This document shows positions 1 through 11,010 of a stretch of 32,052 nucleotides of DNA, piece by piece. The position numbers and the translations under genes were made by a program. Within the stretch, counting starts at the first letter, position 1. The number at the start of each line of letters is the position of its first letter. Below the pieces are notes generated by a model. The model worked only from the letters and a program-made list of their open reading frames with translations. It did not search any database and was not told the origin of the DNA. The stretch comes from Octopus bimaculoides. Lineage: Eukaryota. The stretch spans positions 4,428,003 through 4,460,054 of the forward strand of contig NC_068987.1 of the NCBI RefSeq assembly GCF_001194135.2. Direction: 5' to 3'.

Positions 1-105
1 GTGCTTTTACCTGGCACGAACCCAAACTGCATCTCATCTAAATTGATTCGCTCCCTACACAAACATATACACACACACTCACATATATATATATGTATAT
101 ATATA

Positions 106-237
106 CGACGGGCTTCTTTCAGTTTCCGTCTACCAAATCCACTCACAAGGCTTCGGTCGGCCCGAGGCTATAGCAGAAGACACTTGCCCAAGGTGCCACG
201 CAGTGGGACTGAACCTGGAACCATGTGGTTGGTAAGC
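106..237 (-). mobile_element. SINE family A, 5' module (tRNA-like head plus CORE-like segment)
   Basis: Minus strand reads ccaaccacatggttccaggttcagtcccactgcgtggcaccttgggcaagtgtctt...gaaactgaaagaagcccgtcg. It has a B-box-like GGTTCAGTCCC and an accttgggcaagt CORE-like motif, with about 9 related copies in the window. Confidence 0.85.
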
Positions 238-380
238 TGGACTATGGCCATGCTGGAGCACCACACTGAGGAATTTGAGTTGGACAAATCAGCCCCACAC
301 CCCACCGTTATTTACTTTCTTTTCCAGCCTTGCAGTGCTCCAGCATGGCTACAGTCAACTAACTGAAACAAATAAGAGAA
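238..380. repeat. Two inverted fragments of the SINE 3' module B (gtgctccagcatggccgcagtc tail)
   Basis: 240-261 and 335-356 are reverse complements at 20/22 positions. Both match the module at 9565-9760 and 29909-30110. Confidence 0.7.
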
Positions 381-696
381 TATATATACACACGCATACA
401 CATACATAATGTATGTATATATACGTGTAAATGTGTGCATATATAGATTTGTGTGCATACATATTTGTGGATACATGTTTGTAAATGTATGTAGAAATAT
501 GTTTGTGTGATCCATGTTCATGTATATATATGTGTGTATATGCATGTAAGTATATGCATAAAATACATACACTACATGTGCTGCCCACCCCCTCACTCAT
601 ACCCCGCCTACCAATCGCCCCACAAACATTGCTATTTTAATTAGCTATTTCCTCATCAGCATGGTAGTTCTACTCTGAATCTTGATTAATTAGCGT

Positions 697-868
697 ATAT
701 GTGTGTGTGTGTGTGTTTGTATATACATATATATATGTGTATATACATATGTATATATGTCTATATGTATGTATATACATATGCATATACACATATTTAC
801 ATATATACATATATATATATATATACATATGTGTGTGTGTATACATACATATATGTGTGTGTGTGTGT
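697..868. repeat. Compound (TG)n/(TA)n microsatellite
   Basis: Visible dinucleotide and tetranucleotide repeats; these explain the low-complexity ORFs here. Confidence 0.95.
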
Positions 869-1149
869 TATTTCGGTTGGCTCTGTATGAAGCCATGCCA
901 TATTACTAATAGACCGGTTATACTTTGTAGATGCTGTTAAGTAGAAAGAATGGGGGATGGGTGAGGGTGGGGAGCAGGGAGGCTGATGGTTAGTATGTTT
1001 CATACTAACAATCATTAGTTGATGATGAAGATGATGATGATGAGAACAACAGCAATGTTGATGATGATGATGATAAGTAGCGAAGAAATAGATTCTGTTT
1101 TTTTGGTTTTTTTTGTATTGCTACCACCCAATATATCCAGCATGACTGG

Positions 1150-1235
1150 CCCCTTTTGTCAAACCGCTGAGTTACGGGGGACATAAACAAACCAACACTG
1201 ATTGAAAAACAGTTGGGGAGAAATACACCCACTCA
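1150..1235 (-). mobile_element. SINE module B fragment
   Basis: ttttgtcaaaccgctgagttacggggacataaacaaaccaacac matches other B copies. Confidence 0.7.
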
Positions 1236-1639
1236 CATTCTAATATAGACATACCATCCTGATTGATACGTTGCCTGCAACCAATTCTCATTCAGGCAAC
1301 TATCACATCCCTGCATTTAAATATGGAATTTAGCCACAAATTCAACCGGATCATTATTTGTATGCAGCAATCATTTTATGTCATCATTTGTCATCGCATT
1401 ACTCCTGATTCTCAAACAGAACCGACCATGTGCTCAGAGCCCAAAGGTTGCTTAGAGACGCAAGGCACATTATGAAAACCTTCCTGGCCACGTGTCTTCA
1501 CAGCAAGAAACTATTGGCAGCTCTTATCCTTTATACTGTGTACAATAAATGATATTTATCTCTCACCAGATGGCGTACTTTTTTGTTGATCCTACCTTAA
1601 TGGAACTGTAAACTAGTTTGTGTGTATGTGTGTGTTTAT

Positions 1640-1810
1640 CATCCACTACTGATTGACAATCAGTTTATGCCCCCATAACTTAGACCGATTGAATAAGTAC
1701 CAGGCTTAGAATATAAGTATTGGGCTTGATTTTTTTCAACTAAAAACCCTTTGAGGCTGTGCCCCAGCATGGCCACAGTCCAACAACTGAAACAAGTAAA
1801 AAATAAAAGC
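1640..1810 (+). mobile_element. SINE module B (3' half), diverged
   Basis: Runs ...cccataacttag...gaataagtaccaggctt...ccccagcatggccacagtc...actgaaacaagtaaaaaataaaag. Confidence 0.8.
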
Positions 1811-1870
1811 CGACAGTATATATAAAAGCCAACAGGGGTTTTTGTCTTGCAGGTTATTTGTTAACTTCAC

Positions 1871-2052
1871 TAGTGTCAGCATCATGTAAAAAGCACTTGG
1901 TAAAATGGTTGGCATTAGGAAGGACAACTAACTGTAGAAACCATGCTGAAGCAGATCTTGGAGCTTGAGGCAATTCTTTAGCTTCCCGGCTCCTGTTGAA
2001 CTGTCCAACCCATGCCAGCATGGAAAACAAACATTAAATGACGGTAATGACA
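1871..2052 (+). mobile_element. SINE/non-autonomous retroelement family F, 3' part
   Basis: tggttggcattaggaagg...ctgtagaaac...gtccaacccatgccagcatggaaaac...ttaaatgac matches the copies at 9811-10045 and 14037-14226. Confidence 0.8.
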
Positions 2053-2423
2053 ATTTTTCATGCTGGCGTGTGTTAGATGGTTTGACAAGTTCCTAGTGAC
2101 TGGAGGACTGTGTCGTTAGAGATGTCATCTGAAATATAAAGAAATAATTAAATTTGTGTTAACATATTTAATGTAACGAGGTGGCTGAACATTGAAAAAG
2201 TTAACGAGAAATAATTGCAAAATGAAATTAAAAAAAAAAAGAAAATGGAAACAGCGTTTTTGTTCTTGTCTACAAATTCAAACGTGGTCAGTGGTTTGAT
2301 AATGTGTTAAGGTTTTAAATAATGTGCAGAGTTGCATCTTTCGTACAATATTAAGATGAAAGGTTTTCATTAAAGCAGTTACAACTGAAAACATTTATGG
2401 GGTGGGGACATGGGTACAACGTG

Positions 2424-2457
<34 letters not shown>

Positions 2458-2624
2458 TACATACATACATGCATACATAAGTGTACATGATGGGAGAACA
2501 ACAGACAGACAAGGAGTCACACATATACAAACATAGTTTATTTTTATTTTGTAAGCTAACAATACGTAGTCCATTGTTCCACTTAATGAAAATGTCAGGT
2601 CACATGTTAGACAGAATGTTCTTG

Positions 2625-2625
<1 letters not shown>

Positions 2626-2687
<62 letters not shown>
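2626..2687. repeat. (CA)n microsatellite
   Basis: Pure CA run. Confidence 0.95.
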
Positions 2688-2690
<3 letters not shown>

Positions 2691-3480
2691 TGTATATATG
2701 TTGTGTGGTGAGTGTATATATGTATGTACAAGTGTGTCTGTGTGTGTATATGTATAGATGTCAAGCTTTTTGAATGTATATGTATATTGCTTTTCATGTA
2801 TGCGTGGATAGATAAATAGATAGGTAGATAGAGAGATACGTGTTTGCATATCTAAAGGTAGGTAATTAGATTGACAAACAGGTAGATAGATGGGCAGACA
2901 AACAGACAGACAGACGGACGGATAGATGTTTATATACCTATACATGTGTATGCATCCATCTATATCACTATATATATATGTGTTTACATGCTTATGTTGG
3001 CATCTGTATAGTATGAATGCGTGCATATACACGCAGACAACATATACATACCAGCATCTTTTTCACTGCATAACCACAAACATCGTCTTCACTATACATA
3101 CATGTTTCAGTGTAAAACTACGCATGTATGTACATGTGCATGCATGCGTGTGTGTGTGTACATATGCCTGTGCCAATGTGTCTGCGTTTCCCATGCCCTT
3201 CCTCTCAATCAGTCATGTTCAACCCATCTAATCACATTAAGCTGACCTTGTTCTATCTTAACCTTTCCTCATTTCGCAATTGTTGTCCTTCAAGCTTATT
3301 TTATCAATGAGAGATTCTTCTTGTGTCAATTATAAGACTTATAAAGATTTACTGTTCATTGTATGGTTTTTGTGATGTAGAATATGTCGGCTCTGGTTTA
3401 ACTCTGTCACTCTTTATCTTGTAGATATCTGATCAAAGATGTTCATAGCCACAGTCAGGTGACTGAAATGAGTAAAAGAG

Positions 3481-3809
3481 TAAAAGATGGGTTTGGAAAC
3501 AGCACAGAAGTAAATTTAAAACATTTCAATTTAGAAAGAAATTAATAAAATGATTAAAAATTTTTTTTGTATCTATAGAAAACATGAAATATCTAATAAA
3601 ATGATTTTTTTAAAATTTATTTTTATATATGTATATAGAAAATATAAAATATATTTTATATTTCCTATATATATATAAAAATAAATTTTTAAATCATATT
3701 CTTAAATATCTTCTATTTTCTATATATGCAAAAAAAATTTTTAATTAATTTTATTAATTTCTTTCTAAATTGAAATGTCTTAGATTTACTTCTGTGCTGT
3801 TTCCACCTC

Positions 3810-3816
<7 letters not shown>
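3481..3816. repeat. Long spacerless AT-rich palindrome (fold-back or MITE-like)
   Basis: The left arm tggaaacagcacagaagtaaatttaaaacatttcaatttagaaagaaattaataaaat... (from 3494) is mirrored by the reverse complement ending at 3805. The centre lies between 3651 and 3652. Confidence 0.9.
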
Positions 3817-3843
<27 letters not shown>

Positions 3844-3910
3844 NNNNNNNNNNNNNNNNNNNNNNNNNNNNNNNNNNNNNNNNNNNTATATATACACTCA
3901 TACACATTTA

Positions 3911-4057
3911 GCTTCTTTCAGTTTCTATCTATCAAATTAACTTGCTAGGTCTTGGTTAGCCCAGGATTATAGAAGACACTTGTCCAAGGTGCCACACGGT
4001 GGGACTGAACCCAAAAACCATGTGGTTTGGGAGCAAGCTTCTGAACCGCATCTGCAC
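3911..4057 (-). mobile_element. SINE family A, 5' module
   Basis: gcttctttcagttt...gaagacacttgtccaaggtgccacacggtgggactgaaccc...accatgtgg. Confidence 0.85.
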
Positions 4058-4329
4058 TCACACCATATACACATATCTTTTAGTTTTAGATAAATTGTTA
4101 TCAATAAGCTTCATAGAACATGATAGTGAAAAGAGAACCCTCTTGTCAAAGTCCGTCAGGTTTCACCTAAAATTTTGTGCTTTGTCACTGTTGACACTCA
4201 TATCACAGTCAACATGATGTTGTGTGTCTTCTTAAAGTCACGACTAATATCTCTTATCGTTACATTATAATGTCGGCCGTTCATCTTCAATTTGCATAAT
4301 ATCATGATGAAATCTTCTGATGCAAACCA

Positions 4330-4680
4330 AATTTATTCATCTATGCTCAAGGTTACATACAGGCACAGAATCACAAACGCTAAAGTCCTGACAAGAGCCA
4401 ATCTGCACAGCCTGAGAAGGATTGTGGTGGAACGAAGAGTAAGACTTTCCACCTGCCAAAAGAAGAAATACCTAAGACAGCTATACAATGGGTCCCACCA
4501 GAAGGATGAAGGAAGAGACGGCAGACCCAAGAAGACATGGTTTGTCTTCTTCAAAGAAAATCTGAAGCAACTAAGCATCACCTGGGAATATACAGGTGAC
4601 TAAGCTCAAAACCCAAGATGACTGGAGATGTGTTGGCGCCTGATGTACAGACCATGGGAGGTCTGCATGGAATGCAGTAA
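4330..4680 (+). mobile_element. RTE-clade LINE relic, 3' end of the ORF, decayed
   Basis: Across frameshifts it translates as LKVTYRHRITNAKVLTRANLHSLRRIVVERRVRL / LPKEEIPKTAIQWVPPEG*RKR / GRPKKTW...FKENLKQLSITWE. This is the typical RTE C-terminal pattern (I-S/T-N-x-E-V-L ... W-x-P-x-G-x-R-x-x-G-R-P-K-K-T-W). Confidence 0.85.
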
Positions 4681-5180
4681 GACAATGACTAATAGGCCAC
4701 AGGGTGTCTTTTGTAATTTTCATTATGGCCTTATTAAGGGAGGCGTCTTAAGGTATAGAAGTACAGTGCCACTTGGGTTCTAGGGACCCAATACTACTCT
4801 ATGTATACTGTGGCATGATTCTAAGTTGAATATGTAGAAGCCCCAGAGCATGGCTCATTGCTTAGTTTAGGGGCTTATGATGCTGTTTAAAAACCTATTT
4901 ATTGGGAGTTTGTACTGCCATGTAAAGTAGATAAAGTAGATATGTTTCTACGAGATGTTTAAAACGTTTACATATAAATGTTTACATCTGGCTTCAGCCA
5001 GGAGATTGCGAGGAATTTTATAATCACAACCTTCCATTTACCAATTTTGTTCTCTTTCTCCTTCAACCTGCCCTCCCCCCTTGTTCTCTCTCTCTCTCTC
5101 TTTCTGTCTGTCTGTCTCTCTCTCTCTCTCTNNNNNNNNNNACCTGCCCTCCCCCCTTGTTCTCTCTCTCTCTCTCTCTT

Positions 5181-5214
<34 letters not shown>

Positions 5215-5659
5215 CCCTTCCCCTCCTTCTGTCTCTCCTACTTTCTTTGTTTCTGTCTGTTTCCCTCCCTCCCTCTATCTCTCTCTCCTACCCTCTCTCT
5301 TTCTGTCTTCCTGTCCCCCCGCTGTCACACACATACACACTCACCCGTGTTTCAATGCTTTTAATCCCTAATCTCTTTCACGGTAACACTTTGAAGGAAC
5401 TGACACTCACCAAATCTACAAATCTTTCAACAAATAATAATGCTGAAGAAATCCATTGAAATACCAAAACAAATGGAGTTCCAAAGTCTTGAAACCCTTC
5501 AATACCATTCACTTTGAACAGCCACATTCTTTTGCTGCTTTGCCAAAGCACCATTCTTGAAAATGACCTCAATAAATCTTTAATCTTTTATTCGTCTCAG
5601 TCGTTGGAGTGCAGCCTTGAAAGGTTCACTCAAACAAATCAAACCCTGGCCTTATTTTT

Positions 5660-5770
5660 TATTAATTCTGGTACTTACTCTATCGGTCCCTTTTGTCAAA
5701 CCACTAAGTTATGAGGGCATAAACAAACCAACACCGGTTGTCAAACAGTGTGGGAATACAAATGCACACA
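5660..5770 (-). mobile_element. SINE module B fragment
   Basis: ggtacttactctatcggtcccttttgtcaaaccactaagttatgagggcataaacaaaccaacaccggttgtcaa. Confidence 0.8.
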
Positions 5771-5784
5771 CACACATATGAGTG

Positions 5785-5943
5785 TTGGTGGGGCTGTTTG
5801 GTAAGAAGTTTGCTTCCCAACCACATGGTCCTGGGTTCAGTCCCACTGCATGGCACCTTGGTTAAGTGCCTCCTACTTTAGCTCCTGGCTGACCCATGCT
5901 TTGCGAATGGATTTAACAGAGAGAAACTGAAAGAAGCCCATCC
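5785..5943 (+). mobile_element. SINE family A, 5' module
   Basis: ggtaagaagtttgcttcccaaccacatggtcctgggttcagtcccactgcatggcaccttgg...gaaactgaaagaagccc. Confidence 0.85.
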
Positions 5944-5947
5944 TATA

Positions 5948-6050
5948 TCATCATCATCATCATTTAATGTCCATTGTCCATTCTGGCATGGGTTGGACAG
6001 TTTGACCAGAGCTGGCAAGATGAACCAGGTTCCAGTCTGATTTGGCATCA
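5948..6050 (-). mobile_element. Family F 3' tail
   Basis: (cat)n followed by ttaatgtccattgtccattctggcatgggttggacagtttgac. Confidence 0.75.
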
Positions 6051-6124
6051 CATGACTAAACCATATAAATGTGTGCGTGTGCGTGTGTGTGTTATTGTCT
6101 CCTTGCCTTGACTTCTCATGATGG

Positions 6125-6363
6125 ATGTAAACAAGTGTCACTGGCACACAAGCAGTGTCCTACTTTTCCAATCTTCCATGAAAACATGTCTGGTCATGGA
6201 GGAATACCACCATGTTTGGAAACAGGTGAGGGTTGGTGATGGGAAAGGCATCCAGCAACAAAAATAAAAATCCAACTCCATCTCAACAAATTCTCTCCAG
6301 TCTGTGCAAACATGGCATAAAATAGCTGTTAAAACGATGATGATGATGATAATGATGATGATG
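6125..6363 (+). mobile_element. Family G retroelement (shares its 3' tail with F)
   Basis: gtctggtcatgg...ggaaacaggtgagggttggtgatgggaaaggcatccagc...gttaaaac(gat)n. Related to 11825-11975 and 17200-17377. Confidence 0.7.
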
Positions 6364-6631
6364 AAGAACTTTAGATTTTGTGCTGCACCCCCTCTGCCAC
6401 TGCCATCTTGTTAAGAAGTCCATGTGACTATTTCATCCGAAATTCCAGACCAATTCCTCATTCTTCATTTTCTTTACCATTAAACAACAGTCTGACTAAA
6501 ACTAAAGGTGAAAGAAGAAGCAAAGAGAGACTGGAAGTCGGATGAGAGATAGGGGTGGGCAGGTGAGGTGGGGGTGGGGGGTAGCTACTGGCTGATTTTA
6601 CTTTCATTTCTATGTTTACCTGTCAGTTTAG

Positions 6632-6649
6632 TTAACAACCTCCAGCCAG
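6632..6649 (+). other. Candidate 18-nt microexon (unverified)
   Basis: Branch-like ctgat at about 6592, a pyrimidine tract, ttag|TTAACAACCTCCAGCCAG|gtgagt, and a consensus donor. Confidence 0.25.
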
Positions 6650-7029
6650 GTGAGTGGATGGTTGATGTGCGGTGGAGAGGGGGGTAACTGTTTGTATAGC
6701 AGCTGTTTTAATATATTGAAGAGAGCCAACCCCCCCCACACACACACACACACTTCTCTGCCAATGCACACACTATCTCTAGCAATGCTATCATTAGGCT
6801 GCTGACCTGGAATTCTGCAACTCTGAAATTCCTTGCAACATTATATATATATATATAAACGTGTGTGTGTATGTATTTGTGTATCTAAATACACACACAT
6901 AAGTGTATGTATGTGTGTACATATATATTGTTTAACTGAAATCTAGCTTTAAAATCTTGGCTATTATTTCTGACTTTCCAACCACCTGCCTACCACTCTC
7001 TCTCACTTTTCACACTTACACACACACAA

Positions 7030-7066
<37 letters not shown>

Positions 7067-7208
7067 TTATCTATCTATCTATCTATCTATCTACTTATCT
7101 ATCTATCTACTTATCTATCTATCTACTTATCTATCTGTCTGTCTGCCTATCTATCTATCTATCTATCTGTCTGCCTATCTGTCTGCCTATCTGTCTGTCT
7201 GTCTGTCT
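7030..7208. repeat. (GTCT)n/(ATCT)n tetranucleotide microsatellite
   Basis: Visible repeat. Confidence 0.95.
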
Positions 7209-7611
7209 ACTCAACACTCTGTCCATCTCCCTATCCTAACTAACTTATCTCATAACATATACACAGCACCACAAAAACATTGATAACACACACATATAAA
7301 TTAACACACACACATATATATACTCACACACAAACACACATACACATACTTACACACAAGACACATTAGTGATAAAGAAGGGCAGGGGAAAAAGAAAAGG
7401 GGAAAAAAAGTTACTCGTATAAATAAATAAATAGCTGAAATCCTGAAGAGATCAGATTTGAGTTGAGTATTTATTGAAATAAACTGAAATAACACTTTAT
7501 TGATGTATAAACATTGGTACATTGTCATGTTTAGCTGGAGTTGGCCAGAGTTTATCCGTTCTCTCTAACATAAATATTGTGAATGTCAGTTTATTTACAT
7601 ACACTAAGAAT

Positions 7612-7755
7612 AGGTTGGCTGTGTGGTTAGGGAGCTTGCTTCCCAACCTTGAGATCTCAGGTTCATTTCTTCATTCCAGCTGTACAGCAGTTTGGCTATT
7701 CCAGACTGGTCAAAGTCTTGTAAGTGGGTTTCAGAGACAGAATCTTAAAGAAGCG
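7612..7755 (+). mobile_element. SINE family A, 5' module, diverged
   Basis: ggctgtgtggttagggagcttgcttcccaacc...caggttca...gtcttgtaagtggg...aaagaagc. Confidence 0.7.
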
Positions 7756-8689
7756 TATTGTGTGTGTGTGTCTTGTTTCATTACCATTATGGTAATGATA
7801 AAACAGTGGACAGGAAATGAACAAGGGAAAGAAGTTACAGAAGTTTATTAATTCGCACAGATAACTGTAATCCAAAGGCCAGGATCTGATAAGACACAAA
7901 ACTAATATTTAATCCTAATCCCATCACATGTCAGGGAACGACAATACAAAACCTCACCTCTTTAATGAAACCTTCCTGCAACAATCATTACATGGAAGTT
8001 TTTAGTGTTGATCTGTTGGCCTGGCAGATTGTAGGACATAACATTTTAACTTTTAACTTCCTAGATCCATAAATACATCACTAAATGTTGTTCTTAATTA
8101 ATAGAAAACCCAGCTTTATTTCATGGAGGAAGATTGTATCTTTTTATATATCTTAGTTTTTGTTTGGTAATTACAGATTTGTGCAGCGTCCTTAATCTCT
8201 TCACGAAATATGAAACCGGTAGTTTTTTGTCATCTTAGCAGTCACGCTGTTGGTGTTTAGGATATTTTTGTTGTTCAACAAGTCGTGTTCGTGGTAGGGT
8301 TTAGTGCTGGTGGTGATGTCGCTGGTGGTAACGATGTTTTGTAATGGTACCAAACGAATAAAAGGAATTAGAATATAACTAAATTTATGATTGGCTTCTG
8401 GTGAATATTTGCTAGCTGTGCAACAGGATATGTGCACGAGCAAGAGGGGGGGATGCAGGGAGGGGTGTGTGAGTGAGTGAGGGTGAGGGCTTGTGAGTGA
8501 GGGTTTATATGTGTGTGAGTGAGGGTGTGTGTGTAAATAGTGCTGCTGATAGTTATAGAATTGAATTGGGGGTGGGGTGCAGGACGATGAAGAGGGTTAC
8601 TACTAACTGTTAGCATTGAGGAATTTCTATGCATGTGGTTGTGTGTTTGGTGGTGGGGACGGTGGTTGCAACAATAAAAGGTGGCATTG

Positions 8690-9425
8690 GTACTTATGGA
8701 TGTGGAGGTGATAGTGGTAATGGTGGAGGTGGTGGAGGTGCTAATGATGGTGGTGGTGGTGGAGGAGGAGGGTATAGAGTTGGTATTTTGTGAGTAAAGG
8801 GGGAAGTAAAGTTGTTGGCATTTATTTCATTGCCATAGCGATGGTAGTCATGGAGAAGTGCTGGTTAAGGCTCACATTACGATGGTGAGGCGGTTGTTAT
8901 TGTTATTTAGCCATGATTGAAGCCATTCCAACCATGACCATCCTGGCTTCTTTTTCTATATGCAGGGAACCAACCCAGGATTACATTATCCCTTTTTTTA
9001 TTCTTTTTGTAAAACAGTAGGTCGAGATTTCAGAAAGATTTGGCTGCCATGTCTAGCAGGCTGAGCAACTTTGCAGAGCTTNNNNNNNNNNNNNNNNNNN
9101 NNNNNNNNNNNNNNNNNNNNNNNNNNNNNNNNNNNNNNNNNNNNNNNNNNNNNNNNNNNNNGGTGGTGGTGGTGCTGGTGGTGCTGGTGGCAGTGTGCTA
9201 GTTGTGGTAATGGTGGTGGTGGTGGTGGTGGTGGAAGTGCACTAGTTATGGTGACAGTGGTGGTGGTACTGGTGGCAGTGTGCTAGTGATGGTGCTGGAA
9301 GTGGTGGTGGTGATGGTGGTAGTAGTAGTGGTGATGGTGGCAGTGGGCTAGTTATGGTGATGGTGGTGCTGGTGGAGGTAGCAACTGTTGTGGGGGTTGC
9401 AATGCATGATGGCGATGGTGGTGAA
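8690..9425. repeat. Degenerate (GGT)n-derived low-complexity tracts (8690-8770 and 9162-9425)
   Basis: GGT repeats with reiterated ggtggcagtgtgctagt and agttatggtga subunits. Confidence 0.8.
8910..9075 (-). mobile_element. Interspersed repeat family E
   Basis: The reverse complement shares ctgctaga.at.gcag.caaa, taat.ta.tcctggg and ggatggtcatgg with 24427-24595. Confidence 0.6.
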
Positions 9426-9564
9426 TGACTAGAATTCCATGCCATTCCATTGTCTATTATATCAGGTAATTCATTACCAAAACACCACACCGAAATGCCA
9501 ACTGACACCGTTCACCATTCTTGTACTTAATCCTCATTGTAACTATTATGGCTTTTGTTGTTGA

Positions 9565-9760
9565 TTCTTTTACTTGTTTCAGTCATTTGATTGCGGCCAT
9601 GCTGGAGCACTGCCTTTAGTCAAAGAAATTGACCCCAGGACTTATTCTTTATAAGCCTGGTACTTACTCTAGTGGTTTCTTTTGCCAAACTGTTAAGTTT
9701 CTGGGACATAAACACACCAACATCGGTTGTCAAGCGCTAGCAAGGGGACACACATAGGCA
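9565..9760 (-). mobile_element. SINE module B (3' half), well preserved
   Basis: cttttacttgtttcagtcatttgattgcggccatgctggagcactgcctttagtc...ggttgtcaagc, highly similar to 29909-30110. Confidence 0.9.
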
Positions 9761-9769
9761 TACAAATAC

Positions 9770-9810
<41 letters not shown>

Positions 9811-9812
<2 letters not shown>

Positions 9813-10045
9813 AGATTGGAGCCTGGGGCAGCCCCCTGGCTTGCCAGTCCTCAGTCAAGCTGTCCAACCCATGCCAGCATGGAAAGCGGATGCACCCACT
9901 ACACTCTCAGAGTGGTTGGCATTAGGAAGGGCATCCAGCTGTAGAAACTCTGCCAAATCAGATTGGAGCCTGGTGTAGCCATCTGGTTCACCAGTCCTCA
10001 GTCAAATCGTCCAACCCATGCTAGCATGGAAAGCGGATGTTAAAC
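9811..10045 (+). mobile_element. Family F, head-to-tail partial dimer
   Basis: tcagattggagcctgg...ggaaagcggatg occurs at 9811 and again at 9958 (147-bp offset). Confidence 0.85.
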
Positions 10046-10552
10046 NNNNNNNNNNNNNNNNNNNNNNNNNNNNNNNNNNNNNNNNNNNNNNNNNNNNNNN
10101 NNNNNNNNNNNNNNNNNNNNNNNNNNNNNNNNNNNNNNNNNNNNNNNNNNNNNNNNNNNNNNNNNNNNNNNNNNNNNNNNNNNNNNNNNNNNNNNNNNNN
10201 NNNNNNNNNNNNNNNNNNNNNNNNNNNNNNNNNNNNNNNNNNNNNNNNNNNNNNNNNNNNNNNNNNNNNNNNNNNNNNNNNNNNNNNNNNNNNNNNNNNN
10301 NNNNNNNNNNNNNNNNNNNNNNNNNNNNNNNNNNNNNNNNNNNNNNNNNNNNNNNNNNNNNNNNNNNNNNNNNNNNNNNNNNNNNNNNNNNNNNNNNNNN
10401 NNNNNNNNNNNNNNNNNNNNNNNNNNNNNNNNNNNNNNNNNNNNNNNNNNNNNNNNNNNNNNNNNNNNNNNNNNNNNNNNNNNNNNNNNNNNNNNNNNNN
10501 NNNNNNNNNNNNNNNNNNNNNNNNNNNNNNNNNNNNNNNNNNNNNNNNNNNN
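10046..10552. other. Largest assembly gap (others: 3844-3886, 5132-5141, 9082-9161, 18474-18492, 19125-19134, 21149-21510, 22387-22799, 29088-29416)
   Basis: Runs of N. Confidence 1.
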
Positions 10553-10811
10553 GGTTAAAATATATAATAGAGAAACAATTCTTAACCCTTTTGATACCAA
10601 CCTGGCTGAAACTGCCTCTGGCTCTGTAGTACAAATGTCTTGTTTTCAAAAGTTTTGAATTAAAATCTTCCACCAAACCTTAGTCACAATTTATGTTCCT
10701 AACACTAGCTTAATGATAACTAAGCTATTTTACCAAATTCTTTGTTATATTTAAAATTGATTGAAAGAAACACAGAGCATCTCAAAATAAATACGGTAAC
10801 AAAAGGGTTAA
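10553..10811 (-). mobile_element. piggyBac-type MITE (230 bp including both TTAA, 10582-10811), 23-bp spacer, and the terminus of a second copy entering the gap
   Basis: TTAA-CCCTTTTGATACC...GGTAACAAAAGGG-TTAA. TTAA target sites with CCC/GGG termini are the piggyBac signature. Confidence 0.85.
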
Positions 10812-10819
10812 GATTACAC

Positions 10820-11009
10820 CCATCCCCCTGCAGCAGAATGCTGGTCCATTCCAAGGCTAACTTCTCACCTAATACTGGCATTCATTTACAGCTGAATGCA
10901 CTGGAGCAACATGAGATGAAGTGTTTTGCTCAAGAACACAGTATGGGAATCGAAACCCCAATCTTACAATTGTGAGTTAAACAGCCTAACCACTAAGCCA
11001 CACACTTTC
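10820..11009 (-). mobile_element. tRNA-headed SINE family H
   Basis: actggagcaac...aagtgttttgctcaagaacac...gggaatcgaaacc...cctaaccactaagccac. A-box and B-box are on the minus strand. Confidence 0.8.
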
Positions 11010-11010
11010 C

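Noticed and set aside
602-620. Adjacent GC-box (CCCCGCC) and CCAAT
   Set aside because: Short motifs with no other promoter context; expected by chance.
312-3310. Many 60-140 aa ORFs ([12 protein letters not shown])
   Set aside because: Dinucleotide microsatellite read-through with no protein-like content.
5066-5215. Direct duplication on both sides of a 10-N gap
   Set aside because: Typical unmerged contig overlap; a similar case occurs at 19125-19134.
5410-5560. Minus-strand donor TTG|GTGAGT after an open frame ending ALLFVERFVDL
   Set aside because: Unrecognised peptide, ambiguous acceptor, and no consistent chain with other candidates.
8201-8443. 80-aa minus-strand ORF with a downstream AATAAA
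   Set aside because: Low-complexity Thr/Asn content, no homology recognised, no clear acceptor.
9242-9508. Pro/Thr-rich ORF resembling a formin FH1 or mucin
   Set aside because: Derived from degenerate ACC repeats.
10002-10676. Long ORFs spanning N-gaps (also 21071-21585, 21925-22998, 29010-29622)
   Set aside because: Artefacts of translating N as X.
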